This document shows positions 25,515 to 26,170 of a DNA stretch of 26,170 bases, one piece after another. Every line of letters starts with the position of its first letter. The stretch's first letter is position 1. This DNA comes from a virus (Duplodnaviria > Caudoviricetes), in the IMG/VR virus record IMGVR_UViG_3300032212_000124, positions 1-26,170 of that record; one strand, given 5' to 3'. The position numbers and the translations under genes are program-made. Under the pieces are notes generated by a model. That model was not told the origin of the DNA. It searched no databases and saw only the letters and a list, made by a program, of their open reading frames with translations.

Positions 25515-25691
25515 TTATATCTCCAATTTTTCCATAGCTTCGGCATGTGCCTTTAATTCTTCTTCTGTTGGTTCCGGTAACGAGTCTAAGAACTCCTGAT
25601 AATCAGGCGGATAGACTTCATTCATATTGTCACCGTGTAATCTATAGTCATGCTCAACCTTATTTTCTAAGCTTGATTTCATTTCACTCAT
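25515..25691 (-). CDS. Small acidic hypothetical protein, 58 aa (not in ORF track)
   Basis: MSEMKSSLENKVEHDY...PEPTEEELKAHAEAMEKLEI*; GAGGGG RBS; ends 2 nt before the recombinase ATG. Confidence 0.6.
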   Translation of the reverse strand: MSEMKSSLENKVEHDYRLHGDNMNEVYPPDYQEFLDSLPEPTEEELKAHAEAMEKLEI

Positions 25692-25818
25692 CTTGTATCC
25701 CCTCTAGTATTTTAATAAGTCTTTCTACCGTGTCTCTTTTATCCTCTTCCTCAAGCACAGATAAAATAGTTTCCAGCAAATTAATAAACGCTACTTCTAT
25801 GTTATTTTCTTTGCTCAT
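25684..25818 (-). CDS. Small hypothetical protein, 44 aa (not in ORF track)
   Basis: MSKENNIEVAFINLLETILSVLEEEDKRDTVERLIKILEGIQDE*; overlaps both neighbours. Confidence 0.6.
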   Translation of the reverse strand: MSKENNIEVAFINLLETILSVLEEEDKRDTVERLIKILEGIQDE

Positions 25819-25991
25819 CTGTAATGCGCCAACCAGTAGTTAAAATTATATGCTTCTTTTTGAATAGACAATTTATCCTTTAAGCTCTTAACTGTATGTT
25901 TGCTAGATTTGTCATTAATTAGTAAAAACTCTTTTTCAATCTCATCTATCCGGCTTTGAATATCTGCTAATATTTGCGGTTTAGTTATCAT
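25815..25991 (-). CDS. Small hypothetical protein, 58 aa (not in ORF track)
   Basis: MITKPQILADIQSRIDEIEKEF...YWLAHYR*; ATGA overlap with the next gene. Confidence 0.6.
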   Translation of the reverse strand: MITKPQILADIQSRIDEIEKEFLLINDKSSKHTVKSLKDKLSIQKEAYNFNYWLAHYR

Positions 25992-26072
25992 GGTGTAATT
26001 CTCTACCAGTTATTAAGCTTTATCCAATGAGTAATTTTAATGGTATATAAATAAATTCTATAGCTTTGGCGG

Positions 26073-26170
26073 CTAGTAGGGTTTATTGCTTCCGTGATTA
26101 GAATGGTAATCTGACTTATTTAATGCGCTAAGCCTTGCGCAGTATGCTTCAAATATATCAATATAACTTC
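26073..26170 (-). CDS. 3' end of an AP2-domain (probably HNH-AP2 homing endonuclease) gene
   Basis: (G)SYIDIFEAYCARLSALNKSDYHSNHG resembles the LG.F.DFFEA.CARKSAE..YGFH.NHG C-terminus of phage HNH-AP2 proteins; truncated by the window edge. Confidence 0.65.
   Translation of the reverse strand, partial: SYIDIFEAYCARLSALNKSDYHSNHGSNKPY

Larger units (their letters stand above)
1..26170. mobile_element. Tailed phage (podovirus-like, P22/epsilon15-type morphogenesis) genome segment
   Basis: Ordered terS-terL-portal-scaffold-capsid-adaptor-nozzle-ejection proteins-tail fibre-lysis. No tape-measure, tail tube or sheath gene. Opposing ssb/recombinase operon. No host genes seen. Confidence 0.95.

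Noticed and set aside
23604-25843. ORFs 23604..23795 (-), 24506..24748, 24651..24881, 25547..25843 (+)
   Set aside because: Antisense to the spanin, ssb and the coupled - strand micro-ORFs.
1-26170. CRISPR array, rRNA, IS element or alternative genetic code
   Set aside because: No spaced repeats, rRNA or transposase seen; genes are intact and densely packed under the standard code using all three stops.

Overview
The whole window reads as part of a tailed dsDNA phage genome with podovirus (P22/epsilon15-like) architecture and AT-rich composition. The host is probably a Gram-negative bacterium, since there are spanins, an OM beta-barrel candidate and a gammaproteobacterial-type SSB. From 1271 to 24013 a tightly coupled + strand late operon encodes terS, terL, portal, two or three head-associated unknowns, scaffold, major capsid, decoration protein, an HhH protein, adaptor, nozzle, GNAT, three ejection proteins, tail fibre, an exported beta-barrel candidate, a beta-helix tailspike module and a lysis cassette (M15 endolysin, two holin candidates, FN3 protein, i/o-spanins). 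It meets a - strand early recombination operon (ssb, Rad52/Sak-like, small ORFs, AP2/HNH tail) tail-to-tail with no integrase between them. The most notable observations are: (1) a complete-looking -1 frameshift signal (SD, C CCA AAG, hairpin) that would add a GlyGly-CTERM-like membrane anchor to a secreted FN3 protein in the lysis cassette; (2) two translationally coupled gene stumps bracketing the tailspike module, suggesting a swapped cassette; (3) a ~73-nt G-U-rich structured RNA ending in ACCA downstream of ssb; (4) an Ocr-sized hyper-acidic protein next to a G-tract/GC-skew signal that may mark the packaging terminus. All family assignments come from motif recognition by eye; no searches were run.
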